Below the pieces are notes generated by a model. The model saw only the letters and a program-made list of their open reading frames with translations. It made no database searches and had not been told where the DNA came from. The position numbers and the translations under genes are program-made. Shown piece after piece: positions 19,340 through 28,680 of a stretch of DNA of 56,158 nt. The first letter of the stretch is position 1. Each line of letters starts with the position of its first letter. The DNA is from a virus (taxonomy: Duplodnaviria; Caudoviricetes): the IMG/VR virus record IMGVR_UViG_3300022902_001182, positions 1 to 56,158 of that record; one strand, given 5' to 3'.

Positions 19340-20721
19340 TATGGTCCTTCAAACGGGCGATCGGTGGTATGGGCGAATCTCTCATTCCCTATATATCCTT
19401 TACCTTTATGAGTATTCCACTTCGCTTCTCTCTGTTGAAAGCCGTGGCTGTTGCTGGTCACAAACGCTGGCCAAGTGCCGCTGCGGAAGGCGGTGTCCTT
19501 TTTGACCCTGGCAAATGGTCCGGATGCTCTTATCATTGCCGGTCTATACTCCCAATGCCAGCGCTCTTTTGGTACGGTTCTGATAAACCCATATTCTACT
19601 GCATGTTTCGTGAGCCACGCATAAGATGTTCCGCCGACGCCGCCGGTGCTAAAATCAACCGCGATGCCAGACTGGTGGCTTGAGGTGCCTGGTTTTGCTG
19701 CGAAGCCAGGACGATGCAGGTTTTTATTATAAAGCTCTGTCTGTTTTTCCATCGTCCTAAAACCCGAGTTGACTAATAATTCCACGCCGTCTTTTTTCGC
19801 ATCTGCTATCATTTTTTTTAGGTATTTACTAAAAGGTGTTCCGCCGGGGGTTTTTTTCGCTATAACATATATATCTCTGTTTGGTCCGAAGCCTTTACCT
19901 GGGTTCCCCTTGATATAGTCCAATTCTATGGGTCCGAGTGACTTTCCTCCTGCCCATGCAATATTATTTTTTGCTTTCACCAGTTCTTCTAAGAGAGCAG
20001 AAGGACCACAAGGAGGTGGACTGACTGATCCGCTGACTATAGCGGAGTTACCGCTCGTGCCAGCAGTTGCAGGTTTGCCAACAGAGCCAGGAACGTTAGT
20101 GTCAGTTCCTTTTCCTACACCACGCTTGGAGTTGGGGGAACCCTTCTTTTTGTTTGCACCTGCCACACCACCTGTGGATCCTGGTTTGACCTTAGTCTTT
20201 GAGTGATTTTCAGGGCATTCCCATATAATTGAACTAAATCCGGCGGTAAATGGCACAGATTGTTCAAGCAGTTCTAGTATCCTACCATTTTGGTACCTTA
20301 GTGCAGTATGATGTTTATCTATGTGTTTGACCCGAACAAGACGTCCAGGATTGTGACCGGTGCCGACGCCGGGGTCATTGCTTATATATTCGGGGTACAT
20401 ATCTATAACTTGTGCGTCGTTTTGACTTCTTGGTAGTGGTAGATGTGCATGAATTTCTGGGATTCTTGCTCTCACTATTATAGGACTAGGCATGGCAGTC
20501 ATAGTGTTTGCATGAATTTCTGAGGTCCTCAATATAATTGCGGTATGCTCAGTTAGCTGATCTTCTTTGTCTGGTTGATATTTCCGAATTGCTTCAGCAT
20601 GAACAACGCCGAGGAAATTGTCATTTAGATTAAGAGGGCGCTTGATACGAGGCTTGACACGGTTCGGTATCTTTGATATCTTTTTGTCAACGTTGATATT
20701 TTGTTTTGGTGTACTAGCCAT
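19339..20721 (-). CDS. Tail-associated peptidoglycan peptidase (M15B / VanY-like D,D-carboxypeptidase domain) with N-terminal baseplate-hub-like domain
   Basis: NSGFRTMEKQTELY...AAKPGTSSHQSGIAVDF...WLTKHAVEYGF...ERWHWEY are the M15B motifs. The N-terminal VRARIPEIH resembles gp5 OB-fold proteins. Start revised to MASTPKQ. Confidence 0.8.
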   Translation of the reverse strand: MASTPKQNINVDKKISKIPNRVKPRIKRPLNLNDNFLGVVHAEAIRKYQPDKEDQLTEHTAIILRTSEIHANTMTAMPSPIIVRARIPEIHAHLPLPRSQNDAQVIDMYPEYISNDPGVGTGHNPGRLVRVKHIDKHHTALRYQNGRILELLEQSVPFTAGFSSIIWECPENHSKTKVKPGSTGGVAGANKKKGSPNSKRGVGKGTDTNVPGSVGKPATAGTSGNSAIVSGSVSPPPCGPSALLEELVKAKNNIAWAGGKSLGPIELDYIKGNPGKGFGPNRDIYVIAKKTPGGTPFSKYLKKMIADAKKDGVELLVNSGFRTMEKQTELYNKNLHRPGFAAKPGTSSHQSGIAVDFSTGGVGGTSYAWLTKHAVEYGFIRTVPKERWHWEYRPAMIRASGPFARVKKDTAFRSGTWPAFVTSNSHGFQQREAKWNTHKGKGYIGNERFAHTTDRPFEGP

Positions 20722-21025
20722 TATTCTGGTTGAGGATATCAAATAATTGTTGTTTGTCCATATCGTTCAACTCATTATTTGTCTGTCCTTGCTCCTTTTT
20801 ATGTACTAGCGTTGCTAGCTTTACCAATTGTTCATTACTCCTTTGAAGAGTTTCTACAAATTTGGCAGCGGTAGCTCCGGAGTCTGCATATCTTTCTTTT
20901 GAAACACTCATGAACTCTTTAAGCTCAGACAGAAGACCTTCTGTCTCCTGCCTGTCATTCTTTATATTTTCTAAGGCTTGTTCTATAAGTCCTTCAAGTT
21001 TTTTTACCACGTTGTCTACCTCCAC
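20714..21025 (-). CDS. Hypothetical coiled-coil protein
   Basis: 103-aa helical ORF, GTG start, immediately downstream of a late-promoter motif. Confidence 0.7.
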   Translation of the reverse strand: MEVDNVVKKLEGLIEQALENIKNDRQETEGLLSELKEFMSVSKERYADSGATAAKFVETLQRSNEQLVKLATLVHKKEQGQTNNELNDMDKQQLFDILNQNNG

Positions 21026-21038
21026 ATTTCTGCTATAT

Positions 21039-21046
21039 TAAGTAGG
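21039..21046 (-). promoter_or_regulatory. Putative late promoter (CCTACTTA) heading the baseplate operon
   Basis: Motif instance in the 27-bp gap between the sigma gene and ORF 20714-21025. Confidence 0.5.
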
Positions 21047-21052
21047 TCGCGA

Positions 21053-21805
21053 CTAAAAAACTCCATTATCCCATTTGTGCTTAAACGCCCTGTAGCGTTG
21101 ACGCAGTTTATTTAGGCAACCGACTATTTGTTTGGTGTTGAGTCCCGTGATTTCTCTCATATACAAATAAACTGCCTTCTTGTTGAAAATTTCTATTTGT
21201 TCTATATTACCCATGAGGGTCAGTATGGCATCCAGAACCTTCTTCTCGTTTTCTTTAAGTTGCAGTTTTTGCCATGATGATATTTCATTGGTCAACGACA
21301 TCCAAAACTCATAATCAACTTGATCATCTAATATGCCTTTACTGGAACTAATTTCAGCAATTTCAACTTCGCGAAGAATACTGTCATAATTTGTTTCTCT
21401 CTTATTCTTTAGATTTTGTTTCTTTGCCTTGTGCGTAAACCAATTTTTTGTAACCACTGAGAAATAGGAAAATGCTTTTGTTCCTTTTGACGGATCAAAC
21501 TTCCCAAGAATAGTGGTGAGCCATATTTTACAATCTTCTTTGTGATAATCTATGTTTTCTAAAGAGGTGAACTTATAAGTATACACAATCTTATCAACTA
21601 GATTATCAAAGGCTGGCTGTATCTGATCTATATAAAGTTTCGTTCTTACTCTGATATCTTCGGTGGCGCAATAATCTACAATCGCTTGTTCTGTATCTGA
21701 TGTAAAATAATATTTTACGGTCTTTTTATTTTTAGCCTTGGCTTTAGTCTTAGCTTTAGTCTTAGCTTTGGCTTTAGTTTTAACTTTGGCTTTAGTTTTA
21801 ATCAT
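21053..21805 (-). CDS. Phage RNA polymerase sigma factor (T4 gp55-like, late transcription)
   Basis: KFDPSKGTKAFSYFSVVTKNWF is sigma region 2; YYFT..TEQAIVDY N-terminal part; Lys/Ala-repeat N-terminal tail. Confidence 0.8.
   Translation of the reverse strand: MIKTKAKVKTKAKAKTKAKTKAKAKNKKTVKYYFTSDTEQAIVDYCATEDIRVRTKLYIDQIQPAFDNLVDKIVYTYKFTSLENIDYHKEDCKIWLTTILGKFDPSKGTKAFSYFSVVTKNWFTHKAKKQNLKNKRETNYDSILREVEIAEISSSKGILDDQVDYEFWMSLTNEISSWQKLQLKENEKKVLDAILTLMGNIEQIEIFNKKAVYLYMREITGLNTKQIVGCLNKLRQRYRAFKHKWDNGVF
21732..21800 (-). repeat. Degenerate 6/12-bp coding tandem repeat encoding KTKAKVKTKAKAKTKAKTKAKAK
   Basis: + strand ttagtcttagct ttagtcttagct ttggct ttagtt... repeats. Confidence 0.8.
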
Positions 21806-22124
21806 GCGAGACTTCTATCTGTTCATCCACGGGGGTACCTTCTTCCTCTTCTTCTGCTTTTTCTATCCTAAATATTTCACGATATTCTTGCATATATTCT
21901 TTTGTCTCTTTGGCGTGTACCAATAGCCCAGCCAAAGTTTCATCGCCATAAAAGGTCTCTAACTCATAAACTGCGCCGAGGTGTTGCTCAAATTCCTCTA
22001 GCCTCTGATGTATATCTTCAGTTGAGTCTCCGATATAATGAAACTTATTAAGCATTTCCCGGATATACCAAAATAATAGGGCATCTAGTGCTAGGTTTAG
22101 CCCAAATAGTATCCAACCGAACAT
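21798..22124 (-). CDS. Hypothetical protein with N-terminal membrane anchor
   Basis: MFGWILFGLNLALDALLFWYIR hydrophobic N-terminus and acidic tail; overlaps its neighbours. Confidence 0.7.
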   Translation of the reverse strand: MFGWILFGLNLALDALLFWYIREMLNKFHYIGDSTEDIHQRLEEFEQHLGAVYELETFYGDETLAGLLVHAKETKEYMQEYREIFRIEKAEEEEEGTPVDEQIEVSHD

Positions 22125-22384
22125 TATTTTTCCCTCTTTATAAAATCTTTTTTTGAGTCAGCGAGTTCTTTATTGGCATTTTCTATTGCGTCTACCACAA
22201 CCGCTCCAACTTTTTGTATATACTTTCTCTTGCTAATATCATTTCTATTTATTGGAGCCGATAGATTTTTCTTTAGAGTATCAGTTTTTCCGCAGGTGAT
22301 ACAATCAGTCTTTAGTTCTTTATATGGGTGGATTATTTCAAAGACACCAGAACAGGATATACAGTCATAGATATATCTTGGCAT
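22124..22384 (-). CDS. FmdB-family zinc-ribbon protein
   Basis: MPRYIYDCISCSGVFE...CITCG pattern (MPxYxYxCxxC...CxxC). Confidence 0.8.
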   Translation of the reverse strand: MPRYIYDCISCSGVFEIIHPYKELKTDCITCGKTDTLKKNLSAPINRNDISKRKYIQKVGAVVVDAIENANKELADSKKDFIKREK

Positions 22385-22596
22385 TATCTTACGTCAAACA
22401 CCGGCTTTTGAGGTTCGGCGGTTGGAGTTATGCCAGTTTCAATGATTGGTGGGTTTACGACGAAGATTTCTGTGTCTTTCACTTCCAAGACCCAGTCTTT
22501 TAGCATGTCTGTGATATCAAGCTGCTCAGATAAACACTTTTGTAATGTCATCAATAATGAGCCAACTGCTTGGTTTGATAATTTTAAGTTTGTCAT
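22384..22596 (-). CDS. Hypothetical protein
   Basis: 70-aa ORF with AAGGA Shine-Dalgarno, first gene after a sigma70-like promoter. Confidence 0.7.
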   Translation of the reverse strand: MTNLKLSNQAVGSLLMTLQKCLSEQLDITDMLKDWVLEVKDTEIFVVNPPIIETGITPTAEPQKPVFDVR

Positions 22597-22642
22597 ACTC
22601 TATTTCCTTTTATACTTTTGCAAGTGATTTTGCCACAACTCT

Positions 22643-22671
22643 ATGATATAGAATTTGTTGGGTATTGTTAA
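22643..22671 (-). promoter_or_regulatory. Sigma70-like promoter TTAACA-N17-TATCAT driving the four-gene operon that ends in the sigma factor
   Basis: -35 at 22671-22666, -10 at 22648-22643, 17-nt spacer, in the only intergenic gap of the region. Confidence 0.55.
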
Positions 22672-22680
22672 ACAATATTA

Positions 22681-23673
22681 TTAACTTTCTATTTTCTCAT
22701 ATAAATCGCAGATGTATTTTGCAGAAAACCCATCGCCGTAGGGGCACACACTATTTTTGGAGATTGGGGCATGCGCCCAAATAGTTTGTCTCGTCAAATC
22801 TTCCGGTGTTTTACATAAAACGGAAAAAGTTCCTAAACCTTCTTTTCTCTCTGTATGGTCGCGACAAACAACACACGGTTTTCCTAGAAATGCCGCTTCC
22901 TCTTGTACGCCTCCGCTATCAGTTATTACAAATTTACACGATGCAAGAGAAGTTATAAATTCCTGGTGAGAAAGAGGAGGAACAACTTCTACATTTGTGA
23001 GGATATCTTTGTATTTAGTAATGGCTGGGTTTGGATGAAGCGGAAGTATAAATTTTAGATGAGGGTAGCGTATGGCTTCTTTGTTTATTGCGTCAAACCA
23101 TGCTGGTATCTCCTCTAACTTTTCTCTACGATGGATGGTTACTAACACAACGTTTGTTTCTGAAGTCTGAATATTAACAAGATTGTCTAGCACCGTATTC
23201 CCAACCTTGTAGAGATTTGTGAAGCCCTCACCCTCTAATACTTCCTTTGCACTCTCAGTAGGACATAGGTGATATTCTGTCAAGGCAGAGATAGCACGGC
23301 GGTTGAACTCCTCAGGGTATGGACTATACTTGTTATAGGTCCTCAACCCTGCCTCTAAGTGGAACACGGGAATCTTTCGGTGGAAGGCTGCCAAAGCTGT
23401 AGCAAAAGCAGAAGAGGTGTCACCTTGAACTAATACTGAGTTTACATTTCTGAATATATCTTCTTTATTCAGAATAGACTGTATAATTGTATCCAATCTA
23501 TTGCTGCCTGTGCCAACTTCTAGTGTATGAGTTGGCGGTTTGATATGTTTTAGAAGATCAACGTGCTGTCCTGTAAAAAATGTTTTAAATCCTATACCAC
23601 GGGATTCCATTTCTTCCATTACAGGCAATACTTTGATATATTCTGGTCTCGTTCCAAACGTTATCAATATCAT
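22681..23673 (-). CDS. wecB: UDP-N-acetylglucosamine 2-epimerase (non-hydrolysing)
   Basis: FGTRPE, TGQH, VQGDT, HLEAGLRT, PYPEEFNR, HRRE and TDSGGVQEEA motifs. Confidence 0.95.
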   Translation of the reverse strand: MILITFGTRPEYIKVLPVMEEMESRGIGFKTFFTGQHVDLLKHIKPPTHTLEVGTGSNRLDTIIQSILNKEDIFRNVNSVLVQGDTSSAFATALAAFHRKIPVFHLEAGLRTYNKYSPYPEEFNRRAISALTEYHLCPTESAKEVLEGEGFTNLYKVGNTVLDNLVNIQTSETNVVLVTIHRREKLEEIPAWFDAINKEAIRYPHLKFILPLHPNPAITKYKDILTNVEVVPPLSHQEFITSLASCKFVITDSGGVQEEAAFLGKPCVVCRDHTERKEGLGTFSVLCKTPEDLTRQTIWAHAPISKNSVCPYGDGFSAKYICDLYEKIES

Positions 23674-23679
23674 CTTATA

Positions 23680-24627
23680 TTACCATCTAAAGTTTGTCTT
23701 ATAGAACGTTGTTATACTTTTAACTTCTTCCTTGAAATTCTTCTGGGGTTGCCACCCAAGAGATCGTAGCTTATCATCGTTTACAGAATATCTAACATCT
23801 TGTCCTTCACGGATATGTCCAAGGTCAACATAATCGTTCCAATCCACAGCATTATCAAAATAAGATTCTATAATAAGTTTTACTACTTCTCTATTTTCTA
23901 GCTCTTCGCCCGAAATGTTATATATCTTGTCTCTTTGTCCCTGGGATATGACAGCCAATACAGCGGTGGCCGTATCCTCTGCATGGAGCCAGCATCTTAT
24001 CGGTAGACCCTTGTCGTGGAGCCTAATCTTTACACCACGCTGTAAACATTTTACGCTGATAGGTAAAAGCTTTTCTGGGTATTGGTGAGTCCCATAATTG
24101 TTTGTTGGCCGGAGGATATTGTATTTGATACCAAATGTTCGAGCCCAGGCAAAGATCAACATATCTGCTGAAGCTTTGGCTGCCGAATATGGATTGCTTG
24201 GTTTCAGGATATCCTTTTCACTATGAGATCCTGAAACAAGGTCTCCGTACACTTCGTCTGTGCTAAAGTGTATCAAAACTGGACGAGCGCCTGTATTCTT
24301 GGGTTTTTTCCTGATGAGTTCTAATATATTTTTTGTGCCAAGAATATTACTAGACATAAATTCGTCGCTATTGATTATGCTATTCCCGACATGAGATTCT
24401 GCTGCAAGATTTATTACGAAATCACAGTCAGGCAAATGAGTTAGTTTGGAGATATCTTGGTCAATAAAGTCAAAGTTCTCGTTAGTCGTGAACTCTTCTA
24501 GCGCATCCATGTTTGCTGCGTAGGTACATTTGTCTACCCCAAATATCTTCCAGTTCTCCTCAAGAAGCTTTCTTGTTACGTGGGATCCAATGAACCCCAA
24601 ACATCCAGTGACTACCGCTAACTTCAT
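23680..24627 (-). CDS. rfbB: dTDP-glucose 4,6-dehydratase-like SDR
   Basis: TGCLGFIG, DKCTYA, AAESHV, STDEVYG, PSNPYSAAKA, NNYGTHQYPEKL. Confidence 0.9.
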   Translation of the reverse strand: MKLAVVTGCLGFIGSHVTRKLLEENWKIFGVDKCTYAANMDALEEFTTNENFDFIDQDISKLTHLPDCDFVINLAAESHVGNSIINSDEFMSSNILGTKNILELIRKKPKNTGARPVLIHFSTDEVYGDLVSGSHSEKDILKPSNPYSAAKASADMLIFAWARTFGIKYNILRPTNNYGTHQYPEKLLPISVKCLQRGVKIRLHDKGLPIRCWLHAEDTATAVLAVISQGQRDKIYNISGEELENREVVKLIIESYFDNAVDWNDYVDLGHIREGQDVRYSVNDDKLRSLGWQPQKNFKEEVKSITTFYKTNFRW

Positions 24628-24628
24628 T

Positions 24629-24988
24629 TTAGTCTCCTTTCGTTATCCGGTATGAATCTTTATCAAAATGTTCTGTAGAAAATTCAAATAACTCAGAATC
24701 CTCTAAGGCTATCATCTGGTGTCTTAGCCCAATATTGATATGGAAGTTCATACCTGGAACAAGTTCTAACTCTTCGCACTTGGTAATATCATCATCTTCC
24801 CCATATCTTACCGTCATTCTTCCAGATTGTAAATAAAATACTTCGTCCTTAACTTTGTGATAATGCCAAGAACATCGTTTACCTTTTTCAAAATATAGAA
24901 GCTTACCACAATATTCTTCTTTGTTGACGATCCATTTTTCATAACCCCAGCCTTTGTCCACATGTTTTATTTCAAATGGTCCGCTCAT
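24629..24988 (-). CDS. Cupin-fold sugar isomerase (mannose-6-phosphate isomerase C-terminal-like)
   Basis: KGWGYE...CSWHYHKVKDEVFY...RH cupin metal ligands. Confidence 0.8.
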   Translation of the reverse strand: MSGPFEIKHVDKGWGYEKWIVNKEEYCGKLLYFEKGKRCSWHYHKVKDEVFYLQSGRMTVRYGEDDDITKCEELELVPGMNFHINIGLRHQMIALEDSELFEFSTEHFDKDSYRITKGD

Positions 24989-25278
24989 ATCTCTTCTATC
25001 CTTTTTGTTTTGTCACATATTAGTAGGTCGTAGGAGGGCTTTTCATTCATGATAAGCTCATGGTGTTTTGCCCCCCACTCCTCTAATTGTTTTGCGGTTA
25101 AATCTGACCAGTCCAAACCCGTGTTTCCGCCGCGAGCGGTCCAGTAAATTATTGTATGCCCCTCTTCATATAGCTTATTTATCTTATCTATATTTTCCGT
25201 TATTGGCAGCGCATCCGGATAACTCCTAACTGCGCCGTGAGAACAGATAGTATCATCTATGTCAACATATATTTTCAT
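24985..25278 (-). CDS. Small HAD-family phosphatase (capsule biosynthesis type)
   Basis: DIDDTI motif I, WTARG motif II, KP...ICDK. Confidence 0.8.
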   Translation of the reverse strand: MKIYVDIDDTICSHGAVRSYPDALPITENIDKINKLYEEGHTIIYWTARGGNTGLDWSDLTAKQLEEWGAKHHELIMNEKPSYDLLICDKTKRIEEI

Positions 25279-25667
25279 TTATTTATCTCAAGGAGGTTTG
25301 TTGTTGAATAATCCCCAACCCTCTCATAAAAAGAAACTCGGGTCGCATACTTTGCCCCAACCACTTCTTTACCTTCCCAGTCGCTGCCGATGACCATAAC
25401 GGAAGGTTTCATATTTTTTATTCTATCTTCAAGTTCTTGTTTTGTATCAAAAATCACTACCTCGTCTACACAATGTAAGGCTTGTAATAAGAATTTACGA
25501 TCATCCTCATTGTTATATGGGCGAGTTGGACCTTTGTTTTCTTTTACTTTTCTGTCAGAGTCTATTCCAACACACAAGTGAGAACCGAGTGACTTGGCAT
25601 ACTCTAACATCTGAATATGTCCTCGGTGAAGTATGTCAAAACAGCCATTTACCCATATCTTTTCCAT
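25275..25667 (-). CDS. Cytidylyl/adenylyltransferase (HldE/RfaE domain II-like, HxGH)
   Basis: GCFDILHRGH, KGPTRPYN, GSDW, YSTT. Confidence 0.85.
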   Translation of the reverse strand: MEKIWVNGCFDILHRGHIQMLEYAKSLGSHLCVGIDSDRKVKENKGPTRPYNNEDDRKFLLQALHCVDEVVIFDTKQELEDRIKNMKPSVMVIGSDWEGKEVVGAKYATRVSFYERVGDYSTTNLLEINK

Positions 25668-26594
25668 TTAGTAATTTCCGTACCACGGACTATCAATAAT
25701 GGAATACACATTTAGTAGCTGTCGGATACCATCGTCTAAATCATATTTACACTCAAAACCTAAATCATATATTTTTTGACTGCTTACAATATAATCACGC
25801 ACATCGGGGTCTGATGTGAATTCTGCTGTCATTATTTCTAGCTGTGTGTGTTCTGCTACCTTTTGAGCCAACTGAAGCTTATTCATATTTATGGAATCGT
25901 TGCCAACATTATATGTTTCATTTTTGCACTTGTCCCAATTTTCTAGAACAAACATAAATGCCCGGCAAACATCTTGAATGTGTACATAATTCCTCATGAA
26001 CTTGCACTCGTATAATACTAAGATACGTTCCTTAAGGGCTTTATACACAAAGTTATTCACCAGCAGATCTGCCCGCATCCTTGAAGAGGGTCCGAATACG
26101 GTTGCTAAACGGAAAGTTACATGATTGTCAACTTCCTTATAAGCTTTCTCTGCCTGAACCTTTGTAACGCCGTACAATGAGATAGGGTTTAGCGGCGATT
26201 CTTCTGTACAAACCCCGCCGGCAGATGTTCCATAACCCGAGTTTGTACATGGGTAAATTACCTTTTGTTCGGGTCTCTTATTCTTTGCTATCCATTCATT
26301 AATCTCAAAGTTGATTTCTTTAGCATCACGAGGGCTCTGATCACACAAGGGGAAACCAACAAGAGCCGCTAAAGGAATAATAACGTCGGCGGCGGCCATA
26401 TGCTCTGATAAAATATCTTTATTTCTGATATCACCCTTGACAAACTTAAACTTATCAGTTGTGGCGTATCTCAGAAGTGAGGTGTGCTCATACATCAAAT
26501 TATCAATCGCTACGACTGAGTGGTCGGCGTCTAAGAAATGTTGTATCATTTCTGATCCCAGATATCCTGCTGCGCCCGTTATTAGAATTTTCAT
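25668..26594 (-). CDS. NAD-dependent nucleotide-sugar epimerase/dehydratase
   Basis: TGAAGYLG and YGVTK (YxxxK), FRLATVFG. Confidence 0.9.
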   Translation of the reverse strand: MKILITGAAGYLGSEMIQHFLDADHSVVAIDNLMYEHTSLLRYATTDKFKFVKGDIRNKDILSEHMAAADVIIPLAALVGFPLCDQSPRDAKEINFEINEWIAKNKRPEQKVIYPCTNSGYGTSAGGVCTEESPLNPISLYGVTKVQAEKAYKEVDNHVTFRLATVFGPSSRMRADLLVNNFVYKALKERILVLYECKFMRNYVHIQDVCRAFMFVLENWDKCKNETYNVGNDSINMNKLQLAQKVAEHTQLEIMTAEFTSDPDVRDYIVSSQKIYDLGFECKYDLDDGIRQLLNVYSIIDSPWYGNY

Positions 26595-27346
26595 TTCTTA
26601 TATTTTCCCTTAAAATTGTTTGGCAAAGAAACTCCCAAGGATTGTACAACCTCTGTAGAACATTCATTGGCGAATTTGATAGCGCTATCTATATTTGTTG
26701 ACATCTCATATTCCGCTACGAGTCCTGACAAAAAAGTATCACCTGCACCACAGATGTTTTTAACTTCAACTTGTGGAACTGAATATTTCTTCTTATTATG
26801 AGTGCATCCTCCAGGTCCATGCGTGACTATCAACTTTTTTGCTGCCCATTTTTTAACTAAATGTTTCGTAGTTTTATATTCATACTCATTTATTTTGATA
26901 AAGAGGCTATCCTTACACCATTCCCCAAGAAGCTTCTTTGTGTCAATAAACACGGCGGGGTGGTTCTTACAAATAAACTCAATATCATCTTCTAATAAAA
27001 AACCTTTGTTATAATCAGATACTACAACACTTTGGTATTTACTAAAATCAATTGTTTCCAAGTTTTCTATCCTGCTTATTTTTTTGACTTCTTCATCTAC
27101 TCGGACAATCATCTGATTAGTTTTTTTATCTACATATCTTATTTTCTTTATATCCTCGGAATTTGTAATAAAATCTACATCTAGACCAAGAGTCAAAAGG
27201 TTTTCGTATACATTCCCAGCCATGCCGGCGTTTGTGGTAGTTTCCATTGGAACGAAGATAGGGACTGGAGCCGCCGGACAAAGGCGGTCACACTTACCAT
27301 AAATGTAAATATCTTTACAGCTATCTCCGAGCAATAAGGTTTTCAA
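26591..27346 (-). CDS. PfkB-family sugar kinase (HldE/RfaE domain I-like heptose-7-P kinase)
   Basis: RLCPAAPVP, GMAGNV, SDYNKG, CGAGDTF; TTG start. Confidence 0.85.
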   Translation of the reverse strand: MKTLLLGDSCKDIYIYGKCDRLCPAAPVPIFVPMETTTNAGMAGNVYENLLTLGLDVDFITNSEDIKKIRYVDKKTNQMIVRVDEEVKKISRIENLETIDFSKYQSVVVSDYNKGFLLEDDIEFICKNHPAVFIDTKKLLGEWCKDSLFIKINEYEYKTTKHLVKKWAAKKLIVTHGPGGCTHNKKKYSVPQVEVKNICGAGDTFLSGLVAEYEMSTNIDSAIKFANECSTEVVQSLGVSLPNNFKGKYKK

Positions 27347-27347
27347 A

Positions 27348-27755
27348 CTAATCCCAACTTATATCCCAGTCCTTAAACTCGGCAGCCAGACAATCAATCT
27401 TGTAGTCTTTTCTCCCACCGGCAATTTCTTGTATTTTATTCTTTGCTGTATTTCTAATTCCGTTGAGGCCATGAGTAAGCTCTAAGTCATTTCCCTCGCT
27501 TAGCCCCTTGCGGTAGTTTGACTCGTTGTGCCAAATGTGCAAGTTCATTTGTGATAAAACCACTATAGCGCGGATTATTTCTGAAGTGACTGGCTGGTTT
27601 GATTCGTTAAGGTGCATTTGAATGTCGTGCACGATGTCTGATATCTCACTTGCATATTCCTCTTTATGTTCTGATATAAATACCTCTTTTAGCTGGATTA
27701 TTGATAGGCGATCTACCAGTTCCGATAATGTTGGCAGATATTTTCTATTTGTCAT
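27348..27755 (-). CDS. Hypothetical helical protein (DUF4254-like)
   Basis: TLSELVDRLSIIQLK...NLHIWHNE...LNGIRN resembles proteins found in glycan clusters. Confidence 0.6.
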   Translation of the reverse strand: MTNRKYLPTLSELVDRLSIIQLKEVFISEHKEEYASEISDIVHDIQMHLNESNQPVTSEIIRAIVVLSQMNLHIWHNESNYRKGLSEGNDLELTHGLNGIRNTAKNKIQEIAGGRKDYKIDCLAAEFKDWDISWD

Positions 27756-28680
27756 TATTTCTATACCACTCTATGGTTTTTTTCAAACCATCTTTTAGAC
27801 TTGTTGAGGGAACGTAACCAAACGCCTCTTGAAACTTACTCATATTATAGAAACGTCGGGGTTGTCCGTTGGGTCTTGAAGTATCCCATATAACATCTCC
27901 GTCAAACCCGGTTTCTTCTGAAATCGTTGTAATCAACTCTTTGATAGTTGTTTCTGTTCCTGTACCAAGATTGAACGGTCCAGAACCAACGTCTTTCTCT
28001 GAGGCATCTACGATCGCACGTGCGGTGTCGTCAACATATAAGAACTCGCGAGAGGCGGATCCATCACCCCAAACTTCTACCTCGGTTGCGCCAGAATCTT
28101 TTGCTTCTATAAACTTTCTAAGAAGCGCCGGCACCACATGAGAAGACTCAAGATCAAAGTTGTCGTGTGGTCCATAAAGATTTGCCGGTAATAAAACAGT
28201 TGAATCAAACCCATACTCCTCACGATAAGTCCATGATTGGATTACTAACATTTTCTTTGCCATAGAATACCCAATGGAGTTTTCATCTGGCATGCCCATC
28301 CAAAAATCTTCCTCAGTATATGGAACTTCCAAAAACTTTGGGTATCCACACCCCGCAGCGAGCACAACTGTTTTTTCACAATTGTGCCTCTTGGCATATT
28401 CCATTATAAGAGTTCCCATCATTAGGTTTTTATAAAAGAACTCGCCAGGGTTCGCCTTATTTGCTGCGATGCCGCCGACTTTGCCAGCGATATGAAGAAC
28501 GATCTGCGGTGAATTCTTATCAAAGTATGCAGAGACCTGGTCTTCCTTCGTTATATCACACTCTTTGCTCGTCGGGGTGAGTATCTTTGTATATCCCCTT
28601 TTTTTCAGGAGCGCTACTACGGCATGTCCCACAAAGCCATGGGCTCCGGTGACAAGAACTTTCTTATTATGATTATCCAT
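27745..28680 (-). CDS. fcl: GDP-L-fucose synthase (GDP-4-keto-6-deoxymannose epimerase/reductase)
   Basis: GAHGFVG, AGKVGGIAAN, NLYGPHDNF...SSHVVPAL, VWGDGSASREFLYVDD, PNGQPRR. Confidence 0.92.
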   Translation of the reverse strand: MDNHNKKVLVTGAHGFVGHAVVALLKKRGYTKILTPTSKECDITKEDQVSAYFDKNSPQIVLHIAGKVGGIAANKANPGEFFYKNLMMGTLIMEYAKRHNCEKTVVLAAGCGYPKFLEVPYTEEDFWMGMPDENSIGYSMAKKMLVIQSWTYREEYGFDSTVLLPANLYGPHDNFDLESSHVVPALLRKFIEAKDSGATEVEVWGDGSASREFLYVDDTARAIVDASEKDVGSGPFNLGTGTETTIKELITTISEETGFDGDVIWDTSRPNGQPRRFYNMSKFQEAFGYVPSTSLKDGLKKTIEWYRNNDK

